DNA of 64,000 bases from Escherichia phage mogra: the sequence record MN850579.1; one strand, 5' to 3'. The notes under the pieces were generated by a model. That model searched no databases. It was not told where the DNA came from and saw only the letters and a list, made by a program, of their open reading frames with translations. A program made the position numbers and the translations under genes. Positions 63,889 to 64,000 of this stretch are shown here, in pieces; within the stretch, counting starts at the first letter, position 1, and each line of letters starts with the position of its first letter.

Positions 63889-64000
63889 TGCCGTTATACG
63901 ACTATAAATGTCAATATGAAGATTGTGGTCATGAATATGAAAAAATTAAAAGGATTTCTGAACGAGAAAACGATGTTTGCCCTGAATGTCATCGTCTGTC
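63888..64000 (+). CDS. zinc-ribbon protein, N-terminal part (3' end outside window)
   Basis: [18 protein letters not shown]...CPECHRL: CxxC...CxxC ribbon; TAATG-coupled. Confidence 0.5.
   Translation, partial: MPLYDYKCQYEDCGHEYEKIKRISERENDVCPECHRL

Noticed and set aside
1-64000. tRNA genes, rRNA, CRISPR arrays
   Set aside because: Intergenic spaces are short and filled by promoters or terminators; no cloverleaf-like sequences or repeat-spacer arrays seen.

Overview
This window is a 64-kb slice of the early / DNA-metabolism region of a T4-like (Tevenvirinae-type) myovirus. About 125 tightly packed genes sit on the + strand, with one small convergent gene on the - strand. Genes recognised by motif and by recollection of T4 proteins run in T4 order: nudE, e (lysozyme), capsid-targeted internal proteins, denV, regB, tk, rI, nrdC, 49, nrdD, nrdG, nrdH-like, 55, 47, 46, 45, 44, 62, regA, 43, uvsX, 40, 41, sp, 61, 56, soc, two Mod-type ADP-ribosyltransferases, dda and dexA. 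Between them lie many small accessory ORFs, repeated early-promoter modules (GTTTAC -35, extended TATAGT/TATTAT -10) often embedded in inverted repeats, two late-promoter-like TATAAATA boxes and several hairpin-plus-T-tract terminators. The main finding is at the slot where T4 carries imm-42-beta-gt, between gene 43 and uvsX (39836..46389). There the window has a nine-gene cassette: an arabinose-5-phosphate-isomerase-like SIS protein, a fused sugar-1-phosphate nucleotidyltransferase/kinase, a HAD phosphatase, a peptidase-U32-family protein with cysteine clusters, a divergent thymidylate-synthase-fold enzyme with a cytosine-type active site, a Tmk-like kinase and three orphans. No alpha-gt is present between 55 and 47. 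Together this points to a cytosine hypermodification system different from T4 glucosyl-hmC. No tRNA, rRNA, CRISPR array, intron or homing endonuclease was seen. All family assignments rest on motifs read by eye and on memory of T4 sequences; no database search was run, and several start codons differ from the supplied ORF track.
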